From Octopus sinensis (lineage: Eukaryota): a DNA stretch of 64,000 nucleotides. This document shows positions 23,504-37,102 of the stretch, piece after piece (positions within the stretch are counted from its first letter, which is position 1; every line of letters starts with the position of its first letter). The notes below the pieces were generated by a model. That model saw only the letters and a program-made list of their open reading frames with translations. It did not search any database and had not been told where the DNA came from. The stretch is taken from positions 41,168,001-41,232,000 of the forward strand of contig NC_043012.1 in the NCBI RefSeq assembly GCF_006345805.1, in the 5' to 3' direction. Both the position numbers and the translations under genes were made by a program.

Positions 23504-24874
23504 TTAGAAAGAGGTTTTAAAAAGGCGAGCTGGTCATTGTTGGAATATAGTTTTTGTAGATCCTGTGAGTCTGGTTTAAGTTGAGGGTTAAACAATACCA
23601 ATTACATGTGGTTTTTAAGAAATCGAAATCATGTCGAGATATCTCTCGACAGTTTTGGAATATTTTCGACGTCTATACCATCAAACATCCTTCTACGTTC
23701 TACAAGGATTCAAGACAAATTTACAAAAAATTTACGTGTCCTATTCTCCTGTCACCAAAACGTTCTTCGTTAATATATATTTCCTATTTCTTTCAATTCC
23801 GTAAAAGAACCGCAGGTGAATGCTTTTCCGGAGCTTGTTACGATTAATTCCTTTATGCTTTATTATATTCTACGGCATATAGGTCGTATAAAGTGTAAAC
23901 ACGTAGTGCAATCGTTCAAACATTGTCACTATTTCTCCAAATTCTGCTGCATTTCACATGGAAAATTTGGTCCTCGAAAGTCGTCTTGGTGTATAAGTCG
24001 ACCTTATTTTTCTTTTTGTAGGTAGGAGTGGAAATTTTGTCCTAAAAAATTCGAGTTATAATCAGGAAAATACGGTAATTACTTCATTAATTTTAATCAG
24101 TTCCAGACGGTTGAAAGAGTTAAGTCTTGTGAGTCCCGTCTTGAAAATTCCATCTTACAACACAACTAGTCGGCTTCTTCACCATTTCTAAGACTCAGTA
24201 ATCTATTTTACTGTGGGTGGTGAAGTTATGTTTGTTATTTAGAACCAGGCTACTTTTGGCCGTGTCTCCCATCGATGATCAATGACATTTCAGCGGTGGC
24301 TATCTCGTCCTTTTTTCCACAATATATCTGGAGCTACGAGTAGAGAGACGTGGGTGTTATTTCTAGCAATTTATGTAACCATTTAAATGCTGACAGGTTA
24401 CCGCCAGAAATAGATATTAAGTTAATAATATATGCGTGTGTGTATACACACGCGCGCGCGCCCACACACACATGCACGCACTCACGCGCGCACATACACT
24501 CATAAACTTACTGTTAAAAACGTCCCAAAACTACTAATACTCAATTTCGTGTCTTTAACGATAAGACTGGGAACTTCATATATCGGTGGCACTCGCAAGA
24601 TTTGCATAGAATTAGGACTCGAGCTAACAAGATAATAGAGGGAGGACGTACGAAAGTCAACAGATGTAATTTGAAACGATTGATGAAGACGGGATACATA
24701 CAACTTTTCGGCCAAACACGAGAATGATGGGTAACGCCTGGAAGGAATCCTTAAATGGATAGGAAAGAGGGAATTAGTAAGAGAGGAGAAAAAGGTTGAC
24801 CGGCAGGCTAGGTGTCCGGTGGCGAAATTGCAGAGGAGGGAAAATTAGTCACGGGTCACGTAGAAGGGAAGGAG

Positions 24875-24916
<42 letters not shown>

Positions 24917-25266
24917 AGAGAGAACAGGGAAGGAATGGAGAGAATCTACTGTTAAGTGTGAGAAGACGAGAGAGAAGGAGAGAGGAAGTAGGGATGCAAG
25001 AAAAGGAATGAGAGAGAGAGAGAGAGAGAGAGCAAGAGAGAAGATAGAGTCGCAAAAAATATATGAAATATCACTATTAACAAAAGTTGGGATACGTGGC
25101 GTTCAGTAACGCGAATCTTTTGCGGGTGCCGCCGATATACGAAGTTCTCAATCTTATCGTTAACGGCACGAAACTGGGTATTAGTATTTTCCGGTCGATA
25201 ACTGATGAAGAATTACGGTCCTTCTGCATCTCTCCTATGTGTACGTTCTGTTGTATTTAATGCATT

Positions 25267-25306
<40 letters not shown>

Positions 25307-25490
25307 AAAACAATGTTACTATACACGAAATTTTATAACATTTTTCTAACATAACGATTTAAATATATTCTTTAATTTAACCAAATAACACAAGTCTTCT
25401 GTAATATTTTTCACTCTATTTTGTCTTTTATACATCCAACTATATGCTTTCACATACTAACTCTCTCACCCGATATATATATATATATAC

Positions 25491-25733
25491 TTTTAGAAAT
25501 AAAAGAGTGTATAAAATACTTTTATACGCAAAGAGGAGACCAATGACAGGCTTCTTTACATGCTAAACAGGCCAGTTAAAATCCAAACCACGAAAACATG
25601 TTATAACGGCGTGCATCATGGATTCTCCTTTTCGTAGTTTGGGTTTAACTGGCCTTTTTAGCATGTAAGGAGTCCTGTTAGTGGTCGCCTCTTTGTGTAT
25701 AAAAATATTTTATACACTCTTATATTTTTAAAA
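25491..25733. mobile_element. Hairpin MITE
   Basis: Imperfect inverted arms of ~105 bp; related fragments at about 50001-50060 and 50460-50490. Confidence 0.7.
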
Positions 25734-26186
25734 ATATGTTATGACTTAAGACTTTTATTTATGCATGCTAACCACTGGTAATAAATCATTTTAATTTATC
25801 ACACTCATAGAGCCTGTAGTGTTGCCGTCTTGACATTCGGTGTGTCTTGACCATTTTCACATCTGGCAGTGCCTATGCCTCTCTAGATATGACTAAAGCT
25901 AACTTCTTCCGGAATGTAGAAAGATATTGGTACTTAGTTTATCAACGCCGAAAAGATGAAATGCAAAGTTTGACTTCAACGGGATTCGAACTCAGCGGGT
26001 AATCAGCCGAAGCAATTTATGTGACATGCTAAAGATTTTGCCAACTGGCTGCTTGCATCGTATACGTATATATACTTGAATATATATATATATATATATA
26101 TATACATGCACATATGTATATGTATTTTTGTATTATATATACATTTATACATGTATGTATCTATTTGTCTATATCTATATATCTAC

Positions 26187-26282
<96 letters not shown>

Positions 26283-26443
26283 GCGTATGTGTCTATAACT
26301 ATCCATATAGACACAGTATATAGATACATCCATCCATACACCCACACACACACACCACACGACACACAAAAGAAACACATATACACACCTAATATTTTGA
26401 GTTTCTCTTTTGGCATTTGAATGAAGATAAAGTGAATTTGAAG

Positions 26444-26529
<86 letters not shown>

Positions 26530-26912
26530 AAAAGAATAAAAAGTCACGGAGAGAAACGGCGGTATGGTAATTTAAAGCATCAAAGTATCAGAAATTCTTT
26601 TAACATAAGATTAGTGAGGGTTATCGGAATTTAGTCATGGTGTGTATCATATAACCGTTCATCTCTTACAATGCAGGCGGGAAGACGAAAAAAGAACACA
26701 AGAGAACAGACGACATTTTGTAAGAGAACAGACGATAGGTTTATGCTTTAAATTTGTTTCACTTGTGTGTGTCATTCTGTAATCTATAAGAAAAAAAAAA
26801 ACTCAGGGTTACATATCTGCACTATGGCAGATTATACATACGTGAGGGTGTTGGATAAAGAAAGGATGGGGAATAGATCCATCGTGCGTATTTATATACA
26901 CACAAGCTCACA

Positions 26913-26967
<55 letters not shown>

Positions 26968-27011
26968 ATGTATGTATATATATATATATATATATGTATG
27001 TATATATATGT

Positions 27012-27410
27012 GTAGTGGCTGTGTGGTATAGCCGCAGGAGTGGCAAGTACCTTGCTTATCAACCAAATGGTTCCGGGTTCAATCCTACTGCGTGGCACCT
27101 TGGGCAAGTGTCTTCTACTATAGCCTCCGGCCGACCAAGGCCTTCTGAGTGGATTTGGTAGGCGGAAACTGAAAGAAGCCCGTCGTATATATGTATATAT
27201 ATAATATATATATATGTCTGTGTTTGTGTTTGTCCTCCAAACATCGTTAGTGTGTTTCTGTCCCTGTAACTTAGCGGCTCGACAAAAGAGACCGATAGAA
27301 TAAGTGCTAGGCTTACAAAGAATAAGTCCTGGGGTCGATTTGCTCGACTAAAGGCGGTGCTCCAGCATGGCCGCGCTCAAATGACTGAAACAAGTAAAAG
27401 ACAGTAAAAG
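27012..27410 (+). mobile_element. tRNA-derived SINE (family C), full length
   Basis: Same head, core and tail as 13688-14078. Confidence 0.85.
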
Positions 27411-28065
27411 ACGTACATACATGTATACATACGTACATATATACATATATGCATGTGTGTGTGTTGTGTGTGTGTGTGTCTGTGTCTGTGCGTGTGTGTA
27501 CTAAACCTGGCGGGAATAGGATGAGGACATTCTGTACTAGGAAGGGCAGGTGACATCTTGATGTGTGTGCGTGCGTTCATTCGTACCGACATGCGAATGT
27601 GTTTGTGTGGTGTGTTTGCGTGTGTGTTTGCGTGTGTGCATGTGTGTGTGTGCATGTATGTATGTGTATACGTTCGTATAGAGGGACAGACGTTGAGCGG
27701 TAATAATCCAACTAATAGATAAGCGAGAAAGCAAAGTGAGTTGGTGGCGTTTGAGAATCACGCAATAAAAATGTCGGCCTTAAATGTCCTGAGGTCTTTT
27801 TCAATTTATAAACTAACTGGATCAACATTGGCTTTGTTACTTTTTTCTAAGGTTTAACAATAATCAAATTATATATATGGAAAAAAAAAAACAAATCCGT
27901 AAATGAAACCAAACATATTGAAGGAAAAATAGATTTGTAATTTGATTGTTTTTTTTATTCTCCTTTTGCCTATAAAATGTCCACCCGCAAATGATTTATT
28001 CGGTAAAGATAAAGCACATTTCTTGTTTAAAAAACCTGTTACTTTAACCAGCATTTCTACCACCA

Positions 28066-28098
<33 letters not shown>

Positions 28099-28599
28099 GC
28101 ATCATCATCATCATCATCATCATCACCACCACCACCTGCGCCACTACCAGAAACATCACAAGCGTCATAGCTATTGTCATCACCAACCCACCAACTCAAC
28201 CCAACACCACTTTCAACAACAACAGCAATAACATCATTACTACCTGGAAAAATCGTTAGAGTGTGGCATTTATTCTAACTCGATTAATTATAAGTTCGAA
28301 TCCCACCAAGGTAAACACTGCCATCCATCCTTCCTTGGTCAATAAAATGAAGTACCACTCATGTAGGGGTGTAGATTTAGTCGATTGACCCCTTCCACAG
28401 CTATTTAGAAAAGTTTTTGTGCCTTGCATAAAAGACTGGGAATATCCAGTGTTGTGTTAGTCGAGGAGTAAGGAAGCCGCTACTGAATAACCCGTACAAG
28501 ACTGGAAGAGCAACTTTATACTGTAAATTCTTCTCGACATAGAATTATAGAATCTGGGAAATATGTACGCTAATAGGGTGGCATCAGCAACTTTGGTGT

Positions 28600-28770
28600 A
28601 GTCCTGGATACTCTGGACGTCCCCCTCTTGAAATCCCTTTCCTCGCTCATGTCTTTCCTACAGCTGCTGACCTACAACAGTATAAACAAAGCATTAACGA
28701 CATCGACAATGTCACCGGCCTTTGGAGGACCCGCATGGCTGATAGGCTCTACCTTTCCCTTCAGACTTGT
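28600..28770 (+). mobile_element. 3' fragment of CR1-like LINE
   Basis: Inverted paralog of 30345-30490 (VFPTAADLQQYKQSIN). Confidence 0.6.
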
Positions 28771-29882
28771 ATTGTCCTTAGTAGATCTATCCGCGAAAAT
28801 TTCTACTTCATCCAATAAACTGAAGAATTGACTGGTGCTGGATCTAGCCTTGTTCGTGCTTTGGACGTTATAGATCACATTGAAGTGCGCGACACGGTTG
28901 AACATTGCTACTTGGAGGATCTAAACGGCTGATTTGGGACTTACTTCCAGAAGAAAGTTCGCTACGACGTAAAATGGCATGTGTTCGGCGGTCAAGGTAA
29001 ACAGTTATATTTTGATTCTCCATTAAGGATTCCCTTTCCATCTCTTCTAAATGTTGTCACGTTGAAGCCATTAGTGAGGACGTTAGAGACATTGTAGAGC
29101 ATCGCACTCAAAGTGGCTTTCAGAAACGCAGTGTCTGAAAGTCGCCACCACTCGTCGAGTATTGAAGCAAATGCCGTCATTCCGGAAGGGTGAGATGGAA
29201 GCAGGTGTCACTACAATGTCGTGGAGCTTGTAACTTGCCAAGTTCATTGACCAGGTCTGCTGATAGAGAAAAACATACTTAGAAAGATAAAACAAGGAGA
29301 GAGTTACTGATTTTAGTCAGGAATGAGCTGAGAGAAAGGTATTTGTAAAAATCGGGTGGAAATGGTTAACGCTTCCATCGCTTCGATAATGAACCATCAC
29401 CTGTCCTCCAAGCCTTGTTTCAGGAAGCATTTGATCAGATGGCGTCTATGTTCCCGTTGTTTCTTTTAGAAAGGAGGGGTTCCGCTTTTCAAAACTACAT
29501 CTATTTCCAACACTCACTACAAAGGTTCTTGCGCTGTCGTGGTTAATGATCCGGTGGCATGCGATCAAACTGGAGCATCTACAACGATTCTTTTCATAAT
29601 TTTAATTCACTCCATAATTATATTACTAACTCACTGTTGTAAATCTGTCACTTTCTCTAATCTTATTGTTAATCTTCATTTTAATCTTGTTGTTGATTTA
29701 GTGTAATTCTGTCTTAGCTAGGATTAAAAGTTTATATTTAGGGTCAATGCCATCTTAACGATCCTTAACTGTTAAATGTGACTCCCGTTTATGTGTTGGC
29801 TTTTAGTATTAACATTGCTTTATGTATATGTTACTCATAAAGTTTTCTTGTCTCTATCGTTAAACGGTTCTATATATTGAAT

Positions 29883-30268
29883 GGAGGCGCAATGGCCCAG
29901 TGGTTAGGGCAGCGGACTCGCGGTCGTAGGATCGCGGTTTCGATTCCCAGACCGGGCGTTGTGAGTGTTTATTGAGCGAAAACACCTAAAGCTCCACGAG
30001 GCTCCGGCAGGGGGTGGTGATCCCTGCTGTACCCCTTCACCACAACTTTCTCTCACTCTTACTTCCTGTTTCTGTTGTACCTGTATTTCAAAGGGCCGGC
30101 CTTGTCACTCTCTTGTGTCACGCTGAATATCCCCGAGAACTGCGTTAAGGGTACACGTGTCTGTGGAGTGCTCAGCCACTTACACGTTAATTTCACGAGC
30201 AGGCTGTTCCGTTGATCAGATCAACCGGAACCCTCGTCGTCGTAACCGACGGAGTGCTTCCAAAAAAA
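29883..30268 (+). mobile_element. tRNA(Arg)-like SINE (family B), full length
   Basis: A box TGGCCCAGTGG, TCG anticodon-like loop, B box GGTTTCGATTCC, non-tRNA body, tail CGTCGTAACCGACGGAGTGC plus A-run. Confidence 0.85.
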
Positions 30269-30344
30269 TATTGAATCCATCTCATGGATTATTAGCTGTC
30301 AATGAATAGGAAAGAATACTGTGTATGGTGTTAATTTTTACTTA

Positions 30345-30990
30345 CAGATTTTGAAAGGAAAGGCAGAGCCCATCAGCCATGCGGGTCCTTCAATGTTGGT
30401 GACATCGTCGATGCCGTTAATGCTTTGTTTATACTGTTGAAGGTCAGCAGCTGTAGGAAAGACCTGAGAGAGGAAAGAGATTTCAAGAGAGGGACGTTCA
30501 GGAGATCCAGGATTGGACATTGTTTTGAATATGAAAAAAGAAGGATCGGACGCAACAAGGGCAGTGAGAAATGGAGCAAGGAGTGCGTTGGGGTGTCTGC
30601 TTCGAGGGGGCAGAAGAGATTATTTTTCCGATATAAAGGAATATAGAGAAGGAAGACAGAACACATATAAACCAACTGTGTCCGTTAGTGCTGCAGTGTC
30701 AGTAAACCGTTTGACTCTTGTCCGGATGCGATCCAAGATATCAATGTTTGTATCAGGAGCAACGTCTCAGATGTGGGAGCAGTACGCTACTGTGGGCATT
30801 ATTTGGGTTTTATAGAGTGCCAGCAGCCTTGGAAAGCTTTGTAACTTGGGGATTAAAATATCTTCTGTTCCCAAAGTGAAGATCTGGTTTTCGGGATGCA
30901 GTCTTAAAAACACTAAGAACATGCTTCCGCTAGGAGAGGTCGTTGGTCATAGGGAGGCTCAACATTTGGAGTGATTGTGTGGACTTCAAC
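30345..30990 (-). mobile_element. Degenerate CR1/L2-like LINE, RT C-terminal part
   Basis: Minus-strand translation LPMTNDLS*RKHV...KTQIMPTVAYCSHI*...ILDRI...VFPTAADLQQYKQSIN matches the usual CR1-group ORF2 C-terminus pattern. Confidence 0.65.
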
Positions 30991-31204
30991 TGTTGCTGCT
31001 CGTATTTAGAAAGGATGTGATGTAATGGTGTTTTCTTAGTTCTGTTTTTTTTTTTGCGGTGTGAAGGTTGCATAGCCGTTGGAGAATGCCCTCAAAATCA
31101 ATCTTTGTTTATGATTTGGCGTATGGTGTCTAGGTTGTGTGTGGATGATGTCTGGTTAGAAAGGAATGAAGAGTCGAAGTGGCATGTCATCTATGTAAGA
31201 GTGT

Positions 31205-31328
31205 GTAAGTGTGGTGTTGAATGTATGAGGGGTGTTGAATGTATAAGGGTGTTGCTGAATGTGTAAGGGTGTTGTTGAATCTGTATAAAGGGTGTTGTTG
31301 AATCTGTATAAAGGGTGTTGTTGAATGT
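31205..31328 (+). repeat. Minisatellite, ~20-24-bp unit GGGTGTTGTTGAATCTGTATAAA
   Basis: About 5-6 imperfect tandem copies. Confidence 0.8.
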
Positions 31329-32556
31329 AGCAACAAGTAGCTCACTGATATATAGAAGGTAGGGAGGTAGGAACGAACCTTGCAGAACACCAGAATTGGT
31401 TAGAGGAAGGCAGAAAAGGCTCCGTCAATACATGCCTCAATGGAACGATCAGATTGGAAGTAGTTACGAGTCTGAGCGAAACGGAATCTTGAACACTTAT
31501 AAAGGTAGTTTTTTTTTTAACAAATTCTACAAAATTCTTACGGAAACATCAATAAATAAGAATATTTACAAATATTTCAGAAAAATGGACAACTTCATAG
31601 AAAGGGAGTAATAACCATGCTTAGAAGAATAACAATAAATTCCCAGAAAGTACTTTTGTTATTATTCATCATCATAGATCCGCAAAGAATACATAAAAGA
31701 AAGCCTAACAAAATTAGTGATCTTCGTCGCGGGGAAAGAAATAACATTTAAATTCTGTAATATAATATTAACAGCATTAAAAACACCTTTATGGAAGTAA
31801 AAGATCTTATGATATGCAATTTCATGTCACAATAATTGAGTATACATTGTTTTATATTATATTATGTTGATATCAGAGTATGCAGTCGCTTCTTGATAAA
31901 GACGGTCTTCTGACATAAAAAAACAAAAAGAAAGAAATATACCCTTGCATCTAATAAAAAAATATTACAAATAACGCCTAAACTAATAGCAAACGACATA
32001 AAACTTAAAAGACTTCTTTTCAAAACAAAAAACACGAAGTACATTACCTTAATAAACGTATATGAGTATGCATATCGATATGAATATCTAAAAAATATCT
32101 ATGTATGAATATATAAAATCAAAATAAGTAACAAGATGTCAAGTAGAAATGCAGTACGACCGTTTCAAGCGGCTCCATTTAATTGAACAATGTACTCATT
32201 ACGTCAATTTAAATACAGCGCTACTTTCAGCTGCAAGAAATATGCATTTTCAACTGACATGATATATTGATATAGTTTTCTCTTAGATATTTTAAGAGAG
32301 CAACAGGGTAGAAGAATTTCATTTTGTCGCTATTGCAGCAAGAATAGCTAAGAGAAGAACCAACTACAATTTTTAGTGGCATGGAATACAATGGGAGGTC
32401 ATAGGGTTGTAATTCATTGGCAATTTATCTATCCCCTTATCATCAACGAAAAATCTAAGAGTAGAAGACCGTGTTTATTTAGAATACCGCATAATGTGAG
32501 TTGACAGCTCATAGCTGGCTGTTAGTCATAAATTTCATACTGTCACAAGTATGTAT

Positions 32557-32604
<48 letters not shown>

Positions 32605-32883
32605 TATATATATATGAGTGTGTGTGTGTGTGTGTGTCTTAATATATATGTATGTGTGTATGCATGTATATATATGTTAATATATATAAAGAAATACAAA
32701 AAATGGGATGAGAACGCAAAATATCCAGACATGATACAAATAAGGCACAAGAAAAAACAAGCACAGGTCTTTCGGAGTTTTCTTTCGAGTAAGGACGAAT
32801 TAAATTGAGCTGGCGCGTGTGGAAGTGAAGCCTTGTGGCAGAGACATAAGAGTTGATAGGCATGGGGAGGAATATATATATAT

Positions 32884-32931
<48 letters not shown>

Positions 32932-32934
32932 ATA

Positions 32935-34086
32935 TTGGGTTGCCCGGAAAGTTAGTGCCGATTTATAGTAGCTTACCTTTCGACTTATTTTAGAACATGG
33001 TTGAGTCCATAAAATAGGATTTGACTACACCTCCATTTAGAGCACATTTAAGCTATCTTTTCGTGGAAGAAGCTTTATGTTCCTATAACCTGTGTTAATT
33101 CTGTAACCCTTTAAAATGGAAGATAACAAAGTTCATTTTCGGCAATTGATGCTTTTTTTTCCGTAAAAGGAAAAATGCCTTACAAGCAACCAAAGAAATA
33201 TGCGCAGTTTACGATGATGTTTCTCTATCCGAAAGAACTGTACAGAAGTGGTTCGCAAGGTTCCGATCTGGAGATTGTAGCCTTATTGATAAAGAGCGAT
33301 TAGGTAGACCATCCACTACAGATGATGACCAAATCAAGTCATTAATTGAGAATAACCCACATTGCACAACCCGAGAATTGGCAGGAAGCCTCAACCTATC
33401 AAAATCCTAGTAAAGCTTGGGTACACAAATCGCTACGATGTTTGGGTACCACTTGAGTTGAATGAGAAGAACCTTTTGGATCGCATTTCCATCTATGATT
33501 CGGTTTATAAACGGAATGAAAACGGGCCTTTTTTTAAGCAAATTGTGACAGGTGATGAGAAATGGATTATCTACCGAAATATTCAGAGAAAGCGATCCTG
33601 GAGTAAGCGACATGAGCCACCCTTAGCCACCTCAAAGGCGGGTCTTCACCCTAAAAAAGTTTTACTTTGTGTCTGGTGAGATTAGAAAGGAATTCTGTAC
33701 TATGAGCTTCTCCCAAGTAACCAGACAATTCATTCTGAGAAATACTGCAGAGAACTGGATGAGTGAAAAGCAGTAATTCAAGAGAAACGTCCAGAATTGG
33801 ACAAAAGGAATAGTGTTGTTTCCCAACATGATAATGCAAGACCGCACGTTTCTTTGGGAACCAGACAAAAATTGCTGCAGTTCGGTTGGAATGTGTTACC
33901 ACACCCTCCAAATTCACTAGATATTGCTTCTTCGGATTTCCACTTATTCAGGTCTTTGTAGAATAGTCTTAATGGTAAAAATTTCAATTCCTTGGATGAC
34001 GTGAAAAGATACCTTGATGAATCCTTTGCCATGAAACCACCTTAGTTCTGGAAAGAGAGTATTTTCAAGTTAAAGGAAAGATGGAA
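32935..34086 (+). mobile_element. Mariner transposon (DD34D, mellifera-like), degenerate, lacking 3' TIR
   Basis: TA followed by TIR TTGGGTTGCCCGGAAAGTTAGTGCCGATTT (32935-32964). ATG 33116 MEDNKVHFRQLMLFF, WVPLEL, IVTGDEKW, QHDNARPH...HPPNSLDIASSD with 34 residues between the Ds. Several stops and frameshifts. Confidence 0.92.
33116..34086 (+). pseudogene. Mariner transposase pseudogene
   Basis: Motifs as above; only 33362-33679 survives as a long ORF. Confidence 0.88.
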
Positions 34087-34382
34087 ACCCATCCAACCAA
34101 ATTACACGCAGTTTATAATTCATTATCTTTATTGTTGTGGGAGCTGTTGTTCTCTTCTAAGTTCTCCCACAACGACTATATCTAAAAGTCAAAAGCATTC
34201 CAACCGCGACCATCCTATTCATCTGTGTGAGGATTCCTGGTCGATAATAACCTACGTGAAATTTTCGAAAACAGTTACATGGGATTTTATGGAAATTTGG
34301 CTGCTATTTTTAGCAGTTTAATCAAGTATTCAAGATCTTGTCTGCGTAGCTACTTCTTCGTTGTCTGGTCACCACGTCAGAG

Positions 34383-34415
34383 TATAAAGTGCTGCAGAGG
34401 CGTCGAATTCAGTAT
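34383..34415 (+). promoter_or_regulatory. Candidate TATA + Inr core promoter
   Basis: TATAAAG at 34383 and TCAGT with A at 34411 (28 nt spacing); CRE-like ACGTCA on both sides. Motif match only. Confidence 0.25.
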
Positions 34416-34919
34416 TAGTTACGTCATTGAGTGCGTGTGTGAATATACACCCATCGTTTCCAACATCCGTCTGTTGTGTGTGTGTGTGCGTGTGTGTGTA
34501 CGTGTACGTGTGTATGTGTGTGTGTGTGAGTGTGTATCTGCACCTGTATGTGTGTACGTGCGTTTTTGTGTCTCTCGATGCCATTTTAGCCAGTAAAAGA
34601 ATTAAAATATGGATAAAAAGAAGAGAAAACGTAAATGGAGTTGAAGCTGTATGAAAGGATGTGAATGATGGAGGAGAGGCTGCAAAGAATTAATGAATGA
34701 AAGAAATAAGGTAGAAAGTAAAGAAGGAAGAGGAGAATGAGTGAAGGAGCAAGAAGTTAGTCTTTCATCGATTCCAGTGACATTGGCATCAGAAACCGGG
34801 AAATCTGACAGCAGACGTGTCTCGTTTCCCCACTCTGACGACTACAAATGGTTTTTTTGGGTTTTAATGAGCAGTTTAATAAGTATCAAGTATATACAAC
34901 ATATATAAATACATACATA

Positions 34920-34993
<74 letters not shown>

Positions 34994-35047
34994 CATATAT
35001 AATTACGTATATATACATATGTATATATATATATACATACGTATATG

Positions 35048-35089
<42 letters not shown>

Positions 35090-35102
35090 CATACAGATAT
35101 AT

Positions 35103-35138
<36 letters not shown>

Positions 35139-35321
35139 AAATACATGTGGGTGTGTGTGTATGTGTGTGTGTATGTGTGTGTGTGTATACATATACATAT
35201 ATACGCGACCATATATAATATATATATATATATGGATATATAGTTGTATAATGTATACATGTATATACGTATATACATATCATATATATATCTATATATA
35301 TATATATATAATATATATATA

Positions 35322-35352
<31 letters not shown>

Positions 35353-35964
35353 ACATATATATAACAATATATACATATATATTAGTGTACATATATGAGT
35401 GTACATGCTCACATATATGCACAACAGTCGGGCAGAAACTGACACGCAAAAACGCACATATACACACACACACATACATATCTGGCGGAAATTAAAATTT
35501 GTTTGTAGGCAAACGCGTTACATTTGAAATAGTTAAAAAAGAAAAACGAAATTGCGAAATAAATGAATAAATCTGTACTAATAATTATTAGCTTAATAAA
35601 CAAGTATCATTAAATAAATAAAGAAAGAAATGGAAAACTAATACATTTAACCGAATCTAAACAGAAATATAGAAAATATTTAAGAATAATCCTTTACTAA
35701 TTCAGACTTCAAAATGGGAAAGGAGCAGAAATTAAGGAATATACAAAAAAGAAAAGAACCAGAACAGAAATAACTCTGTTGTGTGTGTGTGTATTGGTAT
35801 ATGTGTATGTATTTGTTTAAACATATACATATATATAAATCATGTCTGTGTGTGTATATATATATGTGGTGGCTATTAAGTTAGACATGGCCTGGACCAA
35901 TCTTTGGTCGAAACATATCTAAGTTATCTAAGTTATATACATATATACATATATATATATCTTA

Positions 35965-36003
<39 letters not shown>

Positions 36004-36359
36004 TCAATACATAAATGCATTAAGATTCTTTTAAATTTTAACATCTCTTCTTTTTTTTTTAACATACTTGTTGAGTTTCAATGGGATTTATTTCCATAAT
36101 TTCTCATAACATACCATATACATGTAATAATTCATATTCGCAAAAATCTTACGCCACTAATCTTTGTTAGAAATCGCTCTTTGGAACCCTCCAAGGATGA
36201 AATATAATTCACCTCTCCACATATAACATATATTTTTTGATAAGTTTCAGCTCAAAGCTGTGGCCATGCTGGAGCACCGCCATTTTGCTACACTGTTATT
36301 ATTGAGAGCCTTCTCTAATATGTGGTTTTTCGTGAATAACTACCCTCATTTGCACCTCC

Positions 36360-36392
<33 letters not shown>

Positions 36393-36494
36393 ATATATCT
36401 TATTATATTATATATATATATATATATATAATATATATATATATTATATATGTATATATGTATGTATGAGTATGTATGTATGTATGTATATAAG

Positions 36495-36528
<34 letters not shown>

Positions 36529-36632
36529 TGTATGTATATTATATATTTTATAATATATATTATATAGATATATATATATATATGTATGTATGTATGTAGT
36601 ATGTATGTATGTATGTATGTATATATATATAT

Positions 36633-36691
<59 letters not shown>

Positions 36692-36715
36692 GTATGTCTG
36701 TATGTATATATATAT

Positions 36716-36794
<79 letters not shown>

Positions 36795-36795
<1 letters not shown>

Positions 36796-36950
36796 GGCGC
36801 AATGGCCCAGTGGTTAGGGCAGCGGACTCGCAGTTGTAGGATCGCAGTTTCGATTCCCAGACCGGGCGTGTGATGGTTTATTGAGCGAAAACACTGAAGC
36901 TCCACGAGGCTCCGGCAGGGGCGGGGGCGATCCCTGCTGTACTCTTTCGC
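36795..36950 (+). mobile_element. Family B SINE, 5' part
   Basis: Near-identical to 29885-30040. Confidence 0.8.
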
Positions 36951-37063
36951 CTCAATATCTCAGCGGGGGTTGGGCATCATTTGAAGTCTAAAACAATGCG
37001 AAGCGCATTATGACCAGCGATGTGTAGCAACACCTGATAGTCTGGTCGGTCACGGTGGTCACG

Positions 37064-37102
<39 letters not shown>

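Noticed and set aside
29885-29958. Possible tRNA-Arg(TCG) gene
   Set aside because: No proper acceptor stem or terminator; it continues into a SINE body found in several copies, so it is a SINE head.
31205-31328. CRISPR-like array
   Set aside because: Units are contiguous with no unique spacers, there are no cas genes, and the context is eukaryotic; it is a minisatellite.
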